A stretch of DNA of 64,000 nt from Octopus vulgaris (GCA_951406725.2 OX597817.1:57970001-58034000), one strand, 5' to 3'. Shown: positions 14,655 through 29,729, counted from the first letter of the stretch. Numbers and translations: made by a program. The notes: generated by a model from the sequence alone, not told the origin.

Positions 14655-14835
14655 ATTAAAAAACTACAGATCCAAGCCATCACTGGGACTGTCAAAATCT
14701 GTAATATTTTCCTGAAGTTTATTATTTTCCTGAAGTATATATGAGCATGTCTAGATATACATAAAACAAAACAGACAAATCTGCATGTATACATACGCAC
14801 ACATACATACATACATACATACATACATACATACA

Positions 14836-14866
<31 letters not shown>

Positions 14867-15245
14867 TGGGGCCCTTGGATACGTAACACGCTGCCGAAAT
14901 ACTAATCTTGAAAAATTAGGCTTCTTAAAACCAGAAAGGAGAGAGTTAATTCGAAGACTACAGATCCAATCCATCACTGGAACTGTAAAGATCTGTAAAA
15001 CTTTCCAGAAGTTTATCATTTAAGTATATATGAGCATGTCTCGATATGCAACTATATGCATGAGAATACATTCAAACATACAAACCTGCATATACATACA
15101 TACAAACCTGCATATACATACATACAAACAAAAATACCCCGTTGTTGATGTTGAAATTCCAATGAAGGAGCCTTGGATCTAGGTTAGAAACCGGTTCTTT
15201 CTCTATTGGCAAGAGATCTTGAAATAAACTGAATAATGACATACA
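14655..15245 (+). mobile_element. 3' ends of an RLE-type (R4/Dong-like) LINE joined to (CATA)n
   Basis: Two LQIQ(A/S)ITGTVKIC-encoding segments plus a 3' UTR shared with 35090-35455 (+) and 41250-41755 (-). Confidence 0.7.
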
Positions 15246-15821
15246 TACATATACGGACAGACAGACCGAAAGACAAACAGATAGACAGACATACAGACTA
15301 TAACATAATTCAGAATACTTGAGAGAAATATGTATAATGTAGATAAGTCTACAGTTGTTTATTTGAAAGCCTTATCTGTTGAGTTTAAAATGATGTGAAA
15401 ACATTCTACTGTTCGCTTACGTAAAATGAAAAATAATTAAGAATATTCTTACCGATCTGTTTCGGCAATATGGTCACTCATCACAGAATACGTTCTAATA
15501 TTCTTCAATTATCCTAAGGACATTGAATCTAAACCACTTTACATAGCAGTAAATGACCCGGATTGGGCGTTAACAGCCATTCTGATTTACGGATAATACG
15601 CTACTTGGTCATATAGTAATTAAGTAATATATATTCATGAAGAACACAGCTGTAATCAAAATAGCTGATGTGTGTATAATGAAGATAGCGCTACAGTCAA
15701 TTATTTGAGATCGTTAGTTGCGGAGATTGAGGTGATGTGAGAACAATCCAATATATATCATACAAGTATGTATGCATGCATATATATATATCTGTCAATC
15801 TGTTTGTCTGTCTGTCTATCA

Positions 15822-15857
<36 letters not shown>

Positions 15858-16252
15858 GTCAACCTACTTTACATATAGTTGGAATTTACAAAAAAAAGAA
15901 AGAAATAAAAAGATGAAGACAGGTGTGTGAACAACAAACAGGTGTATTAGTTTAACGCTCGGGAAGGTGAGAAAGTCTTTTACGTTTCGAACCTACGCTC
16001 TTTAACAGAAAGGGACACGAGAAAATAAACAGAGAGAGAATAAAAAAAAAGCTTTAGTGGCTACCGGTCAATATATATATATATATATGATATATAATTG
16101 TATACATAATTGTATATCTAGATATCTCTGTCTGTCTGTCCCTATATATATGTATGTATACAAATATATACACACATACACATATATATATATGTATACA
16201 TACATACATACATATATATGTATATATATACATACACATACATACATACATA

Positions 16253-16311
<59 letters not shown>

Positions 16312-16321
16312 TTATACACTA

Positions 16322-16945
16322 TTATCCTTCTCTTCTCCACTTTTGCCCGACCCCACCTTGAATACTGCTGTCCACTGTGGTCTCCCTACACAAAATATTA
16401 TGAGAATTGAAGCTCCCCAAAGGTCAATCACAAAAAAGATAGATGGCATGTCAGACCTTGACTACTGGGGTAGACTAGAGAAGCTGAAACTGTATTCACT
16501 CCAACGACGCCGTGAACGCTACATTATCTGTATGATGTGGAAAATATTCCATCAGCACTGTCCGAATGATGTTGGCATCACCTTCAAAATACATCCAAGG
16601 CTTGGACCACGTGCCATCCGTCCACAACAAAAATCTAAATCGCATCACATAACGACAATACGGCACAACTATTTCACCTCAATTGGACCCGCTCTCTTCA
16701 ACATTACACCAGGACACATCAAAAAAGAAACTGACCACACAAAATTCAAGAAGTCTTTGGACAAATTCCTTCAAACAGTCCCGGACAGACCACCCATACC
16801 CGGATATGTCTCCGCAAACAATAACTCTCTGCTCGAATGGGCCTTGGTGCCCAAATCCTGAATTGAAAGACTTCGCCAGGTGGTGCTATTAAGTTAGACA
16901 TGACCTGAGCCAATACTGGCCAAAACCTTTCTAAGTTATTCTAAG

Positions 16946-16949
<4 letters not shown>
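16322..16949 (+). mobile_element. 5'-truncated CR1/L2-group LINE, 3' end
   Basis: [14 protein letters not shown] then, after a frameshift, LEKLKLYSLQRRRERY...FKKSLDKFL..VPD.P; short tandem tail ttctaagtta x2; inserted in (TA)n. Confidence 0.85.
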
Positions 16950-16984
<35 letters not shown>

Positions 16985-17381
16985 TGTGTGTGTATATATA
17001 TATATATACACACACATATATATATATATATATAGATATATATAGATATATATCAGATGGGGTGGGGGGAAATAGCACAGAATTAAGTCTAAGACATTTC
17101 AATTTAAGAGGGAATTTAATAAAAATTATTTTTTTAAATTATATAAAGAAGAGATTACCGGTTTCGATGGATCTCATTTTACCAAATATCATGTCTCTTG
17201 ACCCCCAGACAGAAGATAGACTGTTTCTACTTCAAACTTTTATAAACTTTTACTGATATTTGATAAGATGAGTTTCATCAAAGCCAATAATATTTTCTTT
17301 GTATAATTTTTAAAAATCATTTTAAATTCCCCCTTAAACTGAAATGCTTTAGACTTACTTCGGTGCTTTTTCCACTACCAT

Positions 17382-17452
<71 letters not shown>

Positions 17453-17465
17453 GTTCAATATTTAT

Positions 17466-17611
17466 GTCGTAGGTAGCTTGCTTACCAACCACATGGTTCC
17501 GGGTTCAGTCCGACTGCGTAACACCTTGGACACATGTCTTCTACTATAACCTCGGATCAACCAAAGCCCTGTGAGTGGATTTGTGAAACGGAAACTGAAA
17601 GAAGTCCGTCG

Positions 17612-17694
<83 letters not shown>

Positions 17695-17905
17695 CTGTGT
17701 CTGTGTTTCTCCCCACCCCACCATCGCTTGACAACCGATGCTGGTGCGTTTATGTCCCTGTAACTTAGCGGTTCGACAATAGAATAAGTACTACGCTTAC
17801 AAAGAATAAGTCCTGGGGTCGATTTGCTCGAATAAAGGCGGTGATCCAGCATGGCCGCAGTCAAATGACTGAAACAAGTAAAAGAGCAAAAGAATAAAAG
17901 AATAT
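17466..17905 (+). mobile_element. SINE family C copy
   Basis: Similarity to 8680-9054 including the tail ccagcatggccgcagtcaaatgactgaaacaagtaaaaga. Confidence 0.75.
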
Positions 17906-17926
17906 AGACACACATACCCACCCAGA

Positions 17927-17973
<47 letters not shown>

Positions 17974-18658
17974 ACACCGATTGATGAAGTGGTGGCGGGG
18001 TGGGGAGATGATTGTGAAGCGATGATGTCTAAGTTACTTCCGATTAAAAACCCCTGCACCCAATCGGCTTCACTTGCCACCCACTCATTTCACCCACCTT
18101 AGTTTGTGTGTGTTTCAGGGTACATGTAGGTACAGGGGTGGAAGTGGATGTAAAACACCTGGGGTTATAGTGGGTGTTAACAGGGTGTCACAACCGGAAA
18201 TCAAGGAAGAGCAATAACAGTGGAGAGATGGATGCGGTTTCTCAGCGTACATTGGTGGCGGTGAGAGGCAAGGCGTAGAGATGGTGGCGGGTTAGGGGTG
18301 GGGGTAAACCAAATGTCAATATATGAAGATTAAACAATGAATGTATGTTGATTGTTTCAATATACATTGTATATACATCCGCATACATTTACATTCGACC
18401 ATATGCGTGCATGTATTAAGAACGCACTCCCCCTCTTTCTCTCTCTCTCTCTCACTCATAAACACATCCAGACATGTATATTTAGATGTGTGTATGACAT
18501 GAATATATTATTACAGGAACACCCAAATGATAACATAGTCTATCTCTGTACATTCCTCACTCACACACCTGCGGCAATACGAATAAGAATAAAGATATTT
18601 GAAATAGATAAAGTTTCTGCTGTTTTGCTCACCCACTCACCTCAGAATGCACAAAGGA

Positions 18659-18693
<35 letters not shown>

Positions 18694-18728
18694 CATACAC
18701 TTTTACTTAACGTATTTATAGGGCACAA

Positions 18729-19085
18729 GGCGGCGAGCTGGCAGAATCGTTAGCACGCCAGGCGAAATACGTAGTCGTATTTCGTCTGCCGTTACGTTCT
18801 GAGTTCAAATTCCGCCGAGGTCGACTTTGCTTTTCATCCTTTCGGGGTCGATTGAATAAGTACCTATTTCTTTACTACCCACAAGGGGCTAAATATAGAG
18901 GGGACAAACAATGACAGACATAGGTATTAAGTCGATTATATCGACCCCAGTGCGTGACTGGTACTTAATTTATCGACCCCCAAGTACCAGTTACGCACTC
19001 GGGTCGATATAATCGACTTAATCCGTTTGTCTGTCCTTGTTTGTCCTCTCCGTGTTTAGCCCCTAGTGGGTAGTAAAGAAATAGT
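18729..19085 (+). mobile_element. SINE family B with an internal inverted copy of its own 3' half
   Basis: About 18863-18980 is the reverse complement of the 3' half, which then resumes in sense orientation at about 18982. Confidence 0.8.
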
Positions 19086-19435
19086 ATTTATAGAGCACAG
19101 GAATTACGAATGGTTAACAAGGTTTCTTCACGGTAATGGGGTTCCAAGGTCCCAAGATCGACTCCCGAGGCTCGCGTCGATCCAAGCCTTTTTTTGAGTA
19201 AAATTGGGGGAGGTAGAAACGATGGAAGCCGCTTTACTTCAAAGTCCCAACTCTTTGTCCTGCATTTTGTCACGCCGATTCTTCACGAGGATTGCGTTAA
19301 GACTGGATGTGTCCGTGGAATATTCAGCAAATAGCATGTTTATTGAACAAACGGACATATACAAATACGCAAATGCATACATAAATGCATTTATACATGC
19401 TTATACATACATACATACATATATATATTTATATG

Positions 19436-19473
<38 letters not shown>

Positions 19474-19502
19474 CATACAGATATATATATATATAGAGAG
19501 AG

Positions 19503-19576
<74 letters not shown>

Positions 19577-19845
19577 ATCAAAAACGGAAAAAGGCAAGAA
19601 AAAAGCAGCAATACGACGACGTAGCACATGCAAAGTATTAATACGGCGCTCAAGGAAAAGAAAGAGTGGTTGTTTTACGTTTCGAGCATAGCTCTTTATC
19701 GGAAAGAAGAAATATAGGAAAGTCCAGAAGAAAAGGAAGGAGGAGGGAAAAAAATCGCTAACAGTCCACGTGTAGTTACATTTTTGATATGTACATACAT
19801 ACATACATATATACGTGTATATGTGTATGTATGTATATGTGTATG

Positions 19846-19938
<93 letters not shown>

Positions 19939-20559
19939 TGGCTGCTTCCTCCTTCTTGAGTATAGGATGGCGGTGCCAGCACGTCAAGTGATGCTTGTGC
20001 ATGATGCTTTGTTAAGTGAGGAAAATCCTTCTCCACAACCAGTCTCACTCTCTAAACAACGACGACAGAAACCCCACAAAATGAAGAACTAGTTAACATC
20101 ATTGGCTACCATTGATTCGCATGTTTTGCATCAGAGTTTCCCTTTTCCTAGTGTGATCTCCAAGCAAGGACCAAGGGTCATTCACTCCTAGTAATGTGGT
20201 GCACAACGCCTACATTCTCGTTCTCATTCTCATGGTTATCTGCTGACTGAACCTGTTGTGAGTGTCCATTGTTTAAAACGAGTCAGTCCTCTGCGTAGCC
20301 ACTGTTTCCTGCCAAAGTCGCCAGTTTGTCGATGATTACTGCAGGAACTAGCGCTATCCTTGAGATATTGCAGAACCAAGCTTGTGTAAAATCTAATATA
20401 GCCAAGAACTTCTGAAATGTGTTAAGAAACCCTTCACCGCTGATCATAGATACTAATAAATTTTCATTAGACGCATTTGACAATTAGCTAAAATTGCATA
20501 ACGATAATTGAAAAGCACAATATCGCACTCATCTAAAAAAACAACAACAACAAAAACAA

Positions 20560-21045
20560 CGTCACGTTATTGTGCAAGAACTCAAATACATACCAAGACA
20601 AATGCTGAAATGCAAAAGCCATAATTCATGAGACAAATATCACCATTATAGAACACAGCCTAGAAATAACAAACGCATGAACGTTACGTAAGTATGATGG
20701 AGGAAAATTTTACGCAAATTTAATTCTCGTATATCTTCCTTTAGTTGACCAATTGTGGTCGACTACATCTGGAAGTTGAAAGAAAACTCTTTGAGTACAG
20801 TATCGAACAAAAATACCTCAGAAAGATACAAATTCTACAAAGCTGAAAGAATAAGGTATAACCTGCACGGATAAGAAAAGAGGAATACCCACAAGCCAGT
20901 CATAACATCAAACATACACAAGAAAAGCGGGCAATTTGAAAAGCACCTATTCCATGCATTTTCTCTCTCTCTTCGATGTTTCTCTGTTTTTCTTTTATTC
21001 TACTTTCCGATGAAGGGTTTACGTTCGAAATGTTAAAGGCAATTT
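20560..21045 (+). mobile_element. Decayed Penelope-like element (GIY-YIG C-terminal remnant plus terminal repeat)
   Basis: gactacatctggaagttgaaagaa encodes DYIWKLKE, a Penelope endonuclease-region motif. A hammerhead-like ctttccgatgaagg..tcgaaatgttaaag follows at about 21003-21038. Confidence 0.5.
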
Positions 21046-21810
21046 TTATTTTCATTTCTCAGAGAACCTAATACTTATGTCTTCTAGTGTTTGATTTCCA
21101 TGTTGTTTTTCTCATGGTGTTATTTTATCTTATCTCTTTCCTTTTCCTTTTCTTTCCTTCTCTCTATAAATAGAAGCAAATAGAAAGAAGGAGCGTGGGA
21201 GAAATAGATTTAGAGAGACATGATACCTTGTCACAAGTCAGCATTTTGAGAAGTTTATTGCTTAATTTCTTATGAAACGAAGGTTTCTTTTCTCTTCACA
21301 ACTTACCTATTACCTTCCATTATTTCCACCTCAAATCTTCTTTCCTTTCTTTTCTCTTTTACACTTTGTTTCTTTGTTTTTTTCCTATTTTTTCATTTTA
21401 TTTTCTACTAATTTCTTCTTCATATTTTCTGTTCCCCCACCCACTCACCATCTTTCTCTTGAACCCATTTCATCTTTCGCTTCTCTTACTCTTCTTTTCT
21501 GTTTTGCACCTTCTCTCCCTCTCTTCTCTCTCTCTCTCTCTCTCTCTCATCTCTCTCACTCTTTCTCTCACACCCTCTGTCTATCTATTTCTAATGTTTC
21601 TCCTAGTATTTCTCCTTCCTCCCCAGTTCTTATCCCTCTCCCATAAACTCTATCCCAGTCGGTCCTCTGTGATATCAGAAAACCTATCTTATCATTCTAT
21701 ATGTATACATAAAATTCCCTTCAGTGATCCAGTCTGTTGCATGACTGAATACAACATGCATGTATATATATATATGTGTATATATGTATATATATATGTA
21801 TATATGTATA

Positions 21811-21907
<97 letters not shown>

Positions 21908-22472
21908 CATATATATATATATACATACATACACACACACATATATATAAATACGGTGTACATTTAAACACATAAGAGGTGACCATAATAGGACATCTAA
22001 CCCGCTAGAAGGAGTAGTTAAAATCTACACTACTACTAGGAGTAATTTCGAAAGGGAATGAAAAATAAAAACGTTTACCATCTATTTCCTGTATTATAGT
22101 TTCAAGCTATCTTCAGCAAATAAAATAATTTACTAGGCGCAGTTATCATCTGCAGGAAAGCCAAGATTAACATATAAATATGAAGCAATACAGAACATGC
22201 CTCGTGCATAACAATGGCGAATGAACATCAAAATTTCTTTAAGGTTGTGATCTATGACTAACCTATAACCGGAAGTAGGTGTTATTTTAGGTTACCACCC
22301 TGATAAGTGAATATAATTTACAAACAAGTGGTTTGGTGACCGACGGTCATTTTACATCCCGACGCCCTTATTTTAAGGATTTCTTTTCAAAGATTTAAAA
22401 TGTTTCTAATTCTTACTTTAAAGTTGAGAATACATAAGACACGGGGCGTTAAACGACGATGATTAAATATGA

Positions 22473-22645
22473 CCGTATTTATACGCGTTTAAGTTGTGTT
22501 TGTACTTGATTTTTAAACGAAAAATATGGGGTGCGAGTTTTCCATAGGGTAAAACTGATTTTGAGTTGAAATATGAAAGGAAAAGATTCTGTACTAAGAT
22601 TTTAAGACAAAATTAGGGATGCGACTTATACCTAAGTAAATATGG
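22473..22645. mobile_element. Tc1/pogo-type MITE
   Basis: Imperfect terminal inverted repeats ccgtatttatacg / aagtaaatatgg and internal ggg(t/at)gcga repeats. Confidence 0.5.
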
Positions 22646-22657
22646 TAGGCATATATA

Positions 22658-23713
22658 TGTAATGGCCGTAGTGATAGTTCGACAAAAGATGTTCTCACGC
22701 CCGGTTCACCAATTTCTAAGGACTGTGCGATGTGAGATGACGAGGAGTGGCTCGTTTGTATTACATCACACAGCCCTTACAATAAAGAGAGATTGAATAG
22801 AACAAGTGAGTGCGAGAGGAAAAAAGACACAACCGCGTAAGAATGATTTAGAGAACATTTATTGATATGTTAACATGTGTGTCTGTGTGTGCGTCATGTA
22901 TATAGAACAATAGACAGACCGATATGAGAACAAATGCATGTGTGTACGTAAGCATAGATGTATGCGCGAGTTAAGAACATATAAGGAGGGCAATGAAGAA
23001 GCAGACAGTGAAAGAGTCTATAGCCATTGAAGTGAGAAGTAAGTTCATAGACACAAGAAAGATAATAATACCAGTTCGTAATCAGTTGCAGACGGTAGTT
23101 GAAACACTGTATCAAGAAGTCGGGGCCATGATGCTGAGCCGGTTACAGGTACATGTCGTACATGAAGTCGTGGCTGTAATGCTACTGCCTGGGTCACTCG
23201 TACAGGAGTTCATGTAGATTATAAATTCGCTGTTTATTCGTAGTGAAATGATTCCCGAACAGTGAACTGTTGGAAGAACCTGGGTGAATTGCTTGCTGAG
23301 CTGTGTACGTTGGGGGATGATGTTGACGACGTTAAGGACATGATGGTGGCAACGAAGAAGGAGGTTGCTGTAATGCTCTTGGACGAAGTTGGTGAGTTTC
23401 AACGTAACTACTGTGGTGGTAGTGTTGTCTGGCATTGTCGCTGGAACTGGCTGTGTCTTCGTGGTCGGTGGCTAGACCTTAAAAGGTCTGGAACCAAAGA
23501 CCTCGGAACGAGGAAAAGCTGAATTTTTATAAGGGTAGTGAACAGGCTGTCCCACGTGATCCTATTTCGAGCCTCCGACTAGTTATACGCGGCGAGTTGG
23601 CGCAACTGAATAAGAGACATATTGCACAAATGCCAACCAATCAGAGTAGTGGACACAACGGGATCTAAATAGCAGCCAAAGGCTAGCTGTTCCCTGCTAC
23701 GTTTGAATGCACA
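22658..23713 (-). mobile_element. Candidate solo LTR
   Basis: TG...CA ends flanked by TATA on both sides; minus strand has a TATA box (cttataaaaa, about 23524-23533) and AATAAA (about 22858); CCAAT motif at about 23637; no credible ORF. Confidence 0.4.
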
Positions 23714-24535
23714 TATATATAATATATGGGAGAGAGGAATTTCACCCGAGTCTACGCCACATAAATATATATCTGTGTGTCTGTGTGTGTGTCCGTATGT
23801 GTGTAGTATGTGTGTGAATATGTATGTGCTTTTTTTGTGTTTGTCTCTTCCATCGCTTACAACCGGTGTTCGTTTGTTTACATCACCATAACCAGGCATT
23901 TCGGTAAAGAGTTCGGTAGAATAAGTTGAAGACTTAAAAAATATATAAGTCGATTATTTCGACTAAAACAAATTAATTTTCGAGTGAAGGTTTTTTCCAA
24001 CATAACATGGTAGTCCTGGTTTAGGACGAATGTTGCTGTTATTTAGCCCCAGGATGAATGGAAATAACCCGGAAATTGCGATACAGATATATTTTTTTGA
24101 GTTGAGTGGTGGTGCTAGATTCCTTTGCTCGAAAATATAAGGACACAAATCGTGTCGTATAGCCAGCTGGAGACGATGTCTCATGGGGCTAAATTACAGC
24201 AACATTCATCCTAAACCAGGACTGCCATGTTATGTTGGCAAACAATCTTTACTCCAAAGAACTGTTGCTGAATATCTCTTGTTGTGGGATTTAAACATAG
24301 TAATTTTCCAAAATTAATTTTCATATGACTAAATAGTATAAATATGTATAAATAACACGAAATTTTAATCTAAGTTTTGACTTGTCTTGACATTAATGTA
24401 TGTCAACTTAAATTTGATTTGGCTTATCTTCGGTATGGGTTGACTTCAATTTGTTTTAAGTTCATGTTTTTTTTTATCTCTGATGCACATTAATTTCGAT
24501 CTGTCAGAAGACTGATATGTCTTCACTTTGAAGTA

Positions 24536-24742
24536 CAGCAATCCCTCGACTATCGCGGGTGTTACATTCCAAAACCCCCCACGATAGGAGATAGAGTACT
24601 GTACTGTATATTTTGTTTTATTATTTTTATAATTTGTATATATTTATTTTATTATAAATGCAAAACAACACCGCAGTGGACTCGACGTAAACTTAAATAA
24701 TAAACCCCGATAGGTGAACCGCGATATGGCGAGGGATTACTG
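24536..24742. mobile_element. Tigger/pogo-like MITE
   Basis: TIRs cagcaatccctcgactatcgcgg / ccgcgatatggcgagggattactg with TA on both sides. Confidence 0.85.
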
Positions 24743-24746
24743 TATC

Positions 24747-24803
<57 letters not shown>

Positions 24804-25110
24804 GGTTAAGTAATTGAGATTCAAGTGAATTCTAATGAATTCACATGAATATGGTCCTTAACTAGGATGCACCGGAAATCTATATGGTGTTAACCATACG
24901 ACAAGTGGGGTGATTACAAATAGGAAAAAAGCAACAAGAATGGATTAAAATCTCGGTACAATCGTTTCGTACGAGGACATCTTTAATAAGCTACAAAAAA
25001 TGCAGTGAATACAAATGGCTCGTACGAGCCATCTGTATTCACTGCATATTAAAGTTGTCCTCGTACGAAACGATTGTACCGAGATTTTAATCCATTCTTG
25101 TTGCTTTTTT

Positions 25111-25149
<39 letters not shown>

Positions 25150-25157
<8 letters not shown>

Positions 25158-25532
25158 CTGAAGTTGTCTGTGTATGGCAGGTTTGGTAGCCTTCAACTAA
25201 CACTATCTCCTCCGAGACCCTGCGGTGCAAGTTGACCAAAATTGAGAGTATGAGAGAAGAAGGCTTGCTCTTCCTTCCGTAGAAGAAAAAATTCAAATCG
25301 GACCATGTTAACACCAAAAATTATTTACATCAAAAACGTGCTTTTTTTCTGTGAAAATCCCTATTTTTTACGATTTTTTGACTGCTGTGTCGCCAATTTT
25401 CGGTGTATTTCAACCAGAAAAATGTTCACTTAAAGAGAATAACAAGCTACATAATGCAAAATTCTTACTTTTCAAAAATTCCAATTCTAAAGGGTCGAAA
25501 CAAACCCGAGCAACGCCGGGCGATACTGGTAG
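25150..25532 (+). mobile_element. Non-autonomous Helitron
   Basis: 5' tatataaagctgaagttgtctgtg resembles the 7290 Helitron head; 3' hairpin cccgagcaacgccggg followed by ctggtag, a CTAG variant. Confidence 0.7.
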
Positions 25533-25819
25533 TTTTATAATATTTCTTAACTTCCACATCTTATTTCTAACAAGTCTTAAATATATATTTGGCTTAGATG
25601 TGATAAGTTTTAACATTGAAATGTATTCTTTTCTACTCTAGGCTCAAGGCCCAAACATTTGGGGGGAGAGGGCCAGTCAATTTGATCGACCCCAGTACGC
25701 AACTGGTAGTTAATTTATCGACCCCGAAAGGATGAAAGGTAAAGTCGACCTCGGCGGAACATTGAAATGTATTGGCAGTTATGTGTTCATCTTTAACTTG
25801 ACCTAACTTTTACTTTCAG

Positions 25820-26037
25820 ACTATGTGGATGTGACTTACATGGGAAGTGATAAAGACGTGAACAACGGCAGCAGTAGTCATGGCGGGAACATCAGCGAAA
25901 GTCTGGCATTCAATGTGACCACCACTACGACATCCATCAGCTTGAATTTAAGTCGGAGTCAAATCTCGTTGAAAGACCACGAGATTTTCGTAGCACGTGA
26001 AGGACAGCTATTTAAAGAGAAAATCAACAGTATTCAG
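25820..26037 (+). CDS. ADAM/ADAMTS-like (M12B) gene, exon A, prodomain: (x)[72 protein letters not shown]
   Basis: Branch-like ctaac plus acceptor ttttactttcAG; donor CAG|gtagag; phase 1 in, 0 out. LAFNV...ISLNLSRS resembles the reprolysin propeptide beta strands. Confidence 0.8.
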
Positions 26038-26271
26038 GTAGAGAACCACGTTCAATTGTGTGTGTGTGCGTATGTGCATGCATGTGTGTGTGTGAAAGAA
26101 AGACAGGGGGAGGGAGAGAAGAGAGAGATACACATTCAAAACACACACACACACATATATATATATAGTATAAATAATATATGCATATATATAAATGCAT
26201 ATATACATACGTATATGTACATACATCTATACATACATACATACATATATGTACATACATCTATACATACA

Positions 26272-26365
<94 letters not shown>

Positions 26366-26615
26366 TATGTGGGCACAGGACGTCATGATACGAGTACAAC
26401 AAAAAATACGAAGCACGAGTACATAGAATATGAGCTATTTTTTCTAACAGCAAAAGGCACAAATGGACAACAAATCAAACAACATAAAGAACGACCCTTC
26501 ATCAGTTGTTGGCTGTTTTCCTACTCTCGTATTTCGAGCATTTAACAACATATAATGTGTGTGTGTGTGCGTTCATATATATGTCTCTCTGTTTCTCTCT
26601 CTGTTCCTCTCACTG

Positions 26616-26678
<63 letters not shown>

Positions 26679-26712
26679 TCATATATAGATATTTGTGTGT
26701 GTGTGTGTATGT

Positions 26713-26745
<33 letters not shown>

Positions 26746-27762
26746 CTTGTGTGTGTGGCAAGAGAAGCAATTATACATTATTTCTTAGAAACAGAACATT
26801 AAAAGGAAAAATTATAAAAATATTATTATAAACATATTGTATGAAGAATTGATTTCCAAAAGAGCCCAGCAAATAAAAACTAAAAAACCTTGAAAATCAA
26901 TAAAATCTGATTTAATTTGAAGCGGAGATTAAAGCAATAATTGATAATTAAGCAGAGTTAACAACCACTAAAGTCATTAGGGAGAAGATTATTAATTAGA
27001 TTTATACGCATATAGAGGAGGGACATCATTATCATCATCATCACCATCATCATTATCATCATCACCATTACCATCATTATTCATCTTATAATTTACTACC
27101 ACCATCCTCTTCATCACTGTGTTCTTCGTCATCAGTATCTTCATCATCATGTTCGTCGTCGCCACCACCACCACCACCACCACCACAACAACAACAACAA
27201 CAACACCCACCACCTACTCAGTCATCATCCTCATTATCATGATCGTTGTCATTGTCGTCGTCGCCGCCACTGCCACCACCGCTACTTCTGCTACTCTCAT
27301 CATCATCATCATCATCATTACTATCATCATCATTTCATTGAGCTCCCTCAACACCAGAAATGTAAGAAGAGAACCACCGTCCTTTCATTTCCAGGCATTA
27401 AGCCGGACCTTTTCCTTTATGGCATGTCAACTCTGAAGAATTCTTGAATCTTCAAATTATATCCCCTTCTCAAATGGAGCTGGTCTTAATTGCTATTTGG
27501 TAATTATGATACATCCTCTAGGGGTGGAGATATTTTTAATAAATCAAGAATTTATGTTACATGGTATTTGATATACCTATATTTGTGTTGTTCAAAGACA
27601 TGCCATTGACCTTCTCTTAGTAAATTTTTGTGTAAGATTTAGTTGTATATAAGTATGTCTCACTAACGAGGTCAAATAACAATGGAACATGTCCGGAATT
27701 GTTTCCCTGCCGCCAAAAATCAAATTCACTGTAGTGTTTTTTTATTAAATTTTCCCTTGCAG

Positions 27763-27849
27763 GGTGTAGAGAGATGTTACCAAGACAAAGAAAATGGAGC
27801 TGTGGTTATTGCTCTTCCCGCAGAACCTTCTGGGACTACATTTGAATTG
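27763..27849 (+). CDS. M12B gene exon B, prodomain: GVERCYQDKENGAVVIALPAEPSGTTFEL
   Basis: Acceptor ttttcccttgcAG; donor TTG|gtatgt; 87 nt, phase 0/0; CYQ-type propeptide motif. Confidence 0.85.
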
Positions 27850-28099
27850 GTATGTGCTTGTTACCTTTGACCTTCCAGATTTGATCTTTGTATTTTTATA
27901 CACATAGAAGATACAGACATGCAGGAAGTAAATAGACACCTTTAATTTTCAAAATCTTTCATTTGATATTAATTGGTTGAAGGAGAAGTTTTCGTCTAGC
28001 TACTCGTCCATAATACCCAAGCTTATGCAGATATGTAATACACGTTCTTGGACTAACTTCTAGCTGTTTTGCAATGTCAGAAGCCTTCAAACGGGGTTC

Positions 28100-28345
28100 G
28101 TTTTCTACAATTCACTTCAAACAGCAAAGCTTCCTTTCCGAGGGCCCAGGTCGGCCGGGATGAAGATCTGTTGATTCTTTTCCTTGGCTTTTGAATTGCA
28201 CTATAATTCTATTAACAGTAGCAAGAGGAATTTGAAGATTTTTGGCAATTTTTTGCTCGCTAAGACCTGCCTCACATTACCCAACAACACGACCCCTTTG
28301 AAAATCTGACAGTTCTGTTGAATTTTTTGTGCGTGGCATGGTTAC
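28100..28345 (-). mobile_element. Tc1-like transposase N-terminal (HTH) remnant
   Basis: Minus strand encodes approximately [31 protein letters not shown]...GRPGPSERK. Confidence 0.6.
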
Positions 28346-29351
28346 TCTTCGCAAATGTTTAATATAATGGCACCTGGAATGAAAAGGAATAATTACATTG
28401 TAAATTCTACACCGCTGAAAACATTAAGACGCTTAGGTCATAAATTTTGAAAATTAAAGGTGTCAATTTACTTCCTGCATGTCTGTGTATATACATACGT
28501 AAACACTTACACACATATATATACATATATACACGCATGCATAACATACATACATTCGATATATTTACAAGCATACATATATATGTGCATACACAAACCC
28601 AAATCATTGTTACTGTGTTGTTAAGTCGTAAATAAACCATGATCAAGGAGGCTTGTGTTCAAAAGCGTTCTAGCTGTGATCAACCCATTTTGTTTCAGGT
28701 ATAATCTATCCAGGACTACATAATTCTCGATGTGCATGTCTCTTCACCTTTTTAAAAACTAGGTTGCAATTTCGCGGAGATTTGTGACAAAGTGTAGCAA
28801 AGAGAGTTCAAAGTGTTGATGATAAATAAAAGCCGTAAAGGACCGCGATAAAGGAGGAAGATGAAGGAGCCCAATAAGGAGAGGCATTATGTCTGATTTG
28901 AGACCAAAAGAAATGATTTCCTTGAGTGTAATGCGCAATAAGGCAGCTATATTTGAGGCGAGGGTATTCAATGTTTCGTACTTACAACATAAGGCTTTTC
29001 AGAGAAGACCGCTGAATATACATGCATACAGTAGTGACTGTTTCACTTTCCATACTATGACAATATCCGATCTAATTTTTCTCATACGTATAACAGACCA
29101 TGGAACTCAAACAAGAGTCTGATATTCCTCATCTTTTTATTTACACAGAGGACTGGTAAATCAAGCTAACGGATGTATTACTTTCTTGTTCTTTTAGCAC
29201 GTTGAAAAGGCGTATTTTAACTAAAAATATCGAGACCACTTAGATAAGTCTAACGTAGCATAAGCATTCCAATATCTTTGTTATTATTATGGATATTTAA
29301 TATTTTATCCACATTGCTATATAACCGCCTTTAACATGGATTTTCTATATA

Positions 29352-29729
29352 CAGTAGAACCTCGGTTTACGAACAACTCTGATCACGAATAAATCGTACT
29401 TTATCTCCTGTCTTTCTCATATTCATTTAATACAGTAGTACCTCGGTTTACGAACGCCTCTGATCACAAATAAATCGTGGTTTTTATATATCTTTACCCA
29501 TATATATATATATAAGAGAAAAAAGTGTATGTACGCCGCTATATATATGTATAAAATAAAATACAAAATGGGACAAGAACGCAAAACATCTGGACAACTA
29601 AATGATACAAAAAGGGACCACAAATGACCCGTCCGTGTTTTTTTGTATCGTCTATCTGGATGTTTTGTTGTCCCTTTTTGTATCACCTAGTTGTCCTGAT
29701 GTTTTGCGTTTTTGTCCCATTTTGTATTT

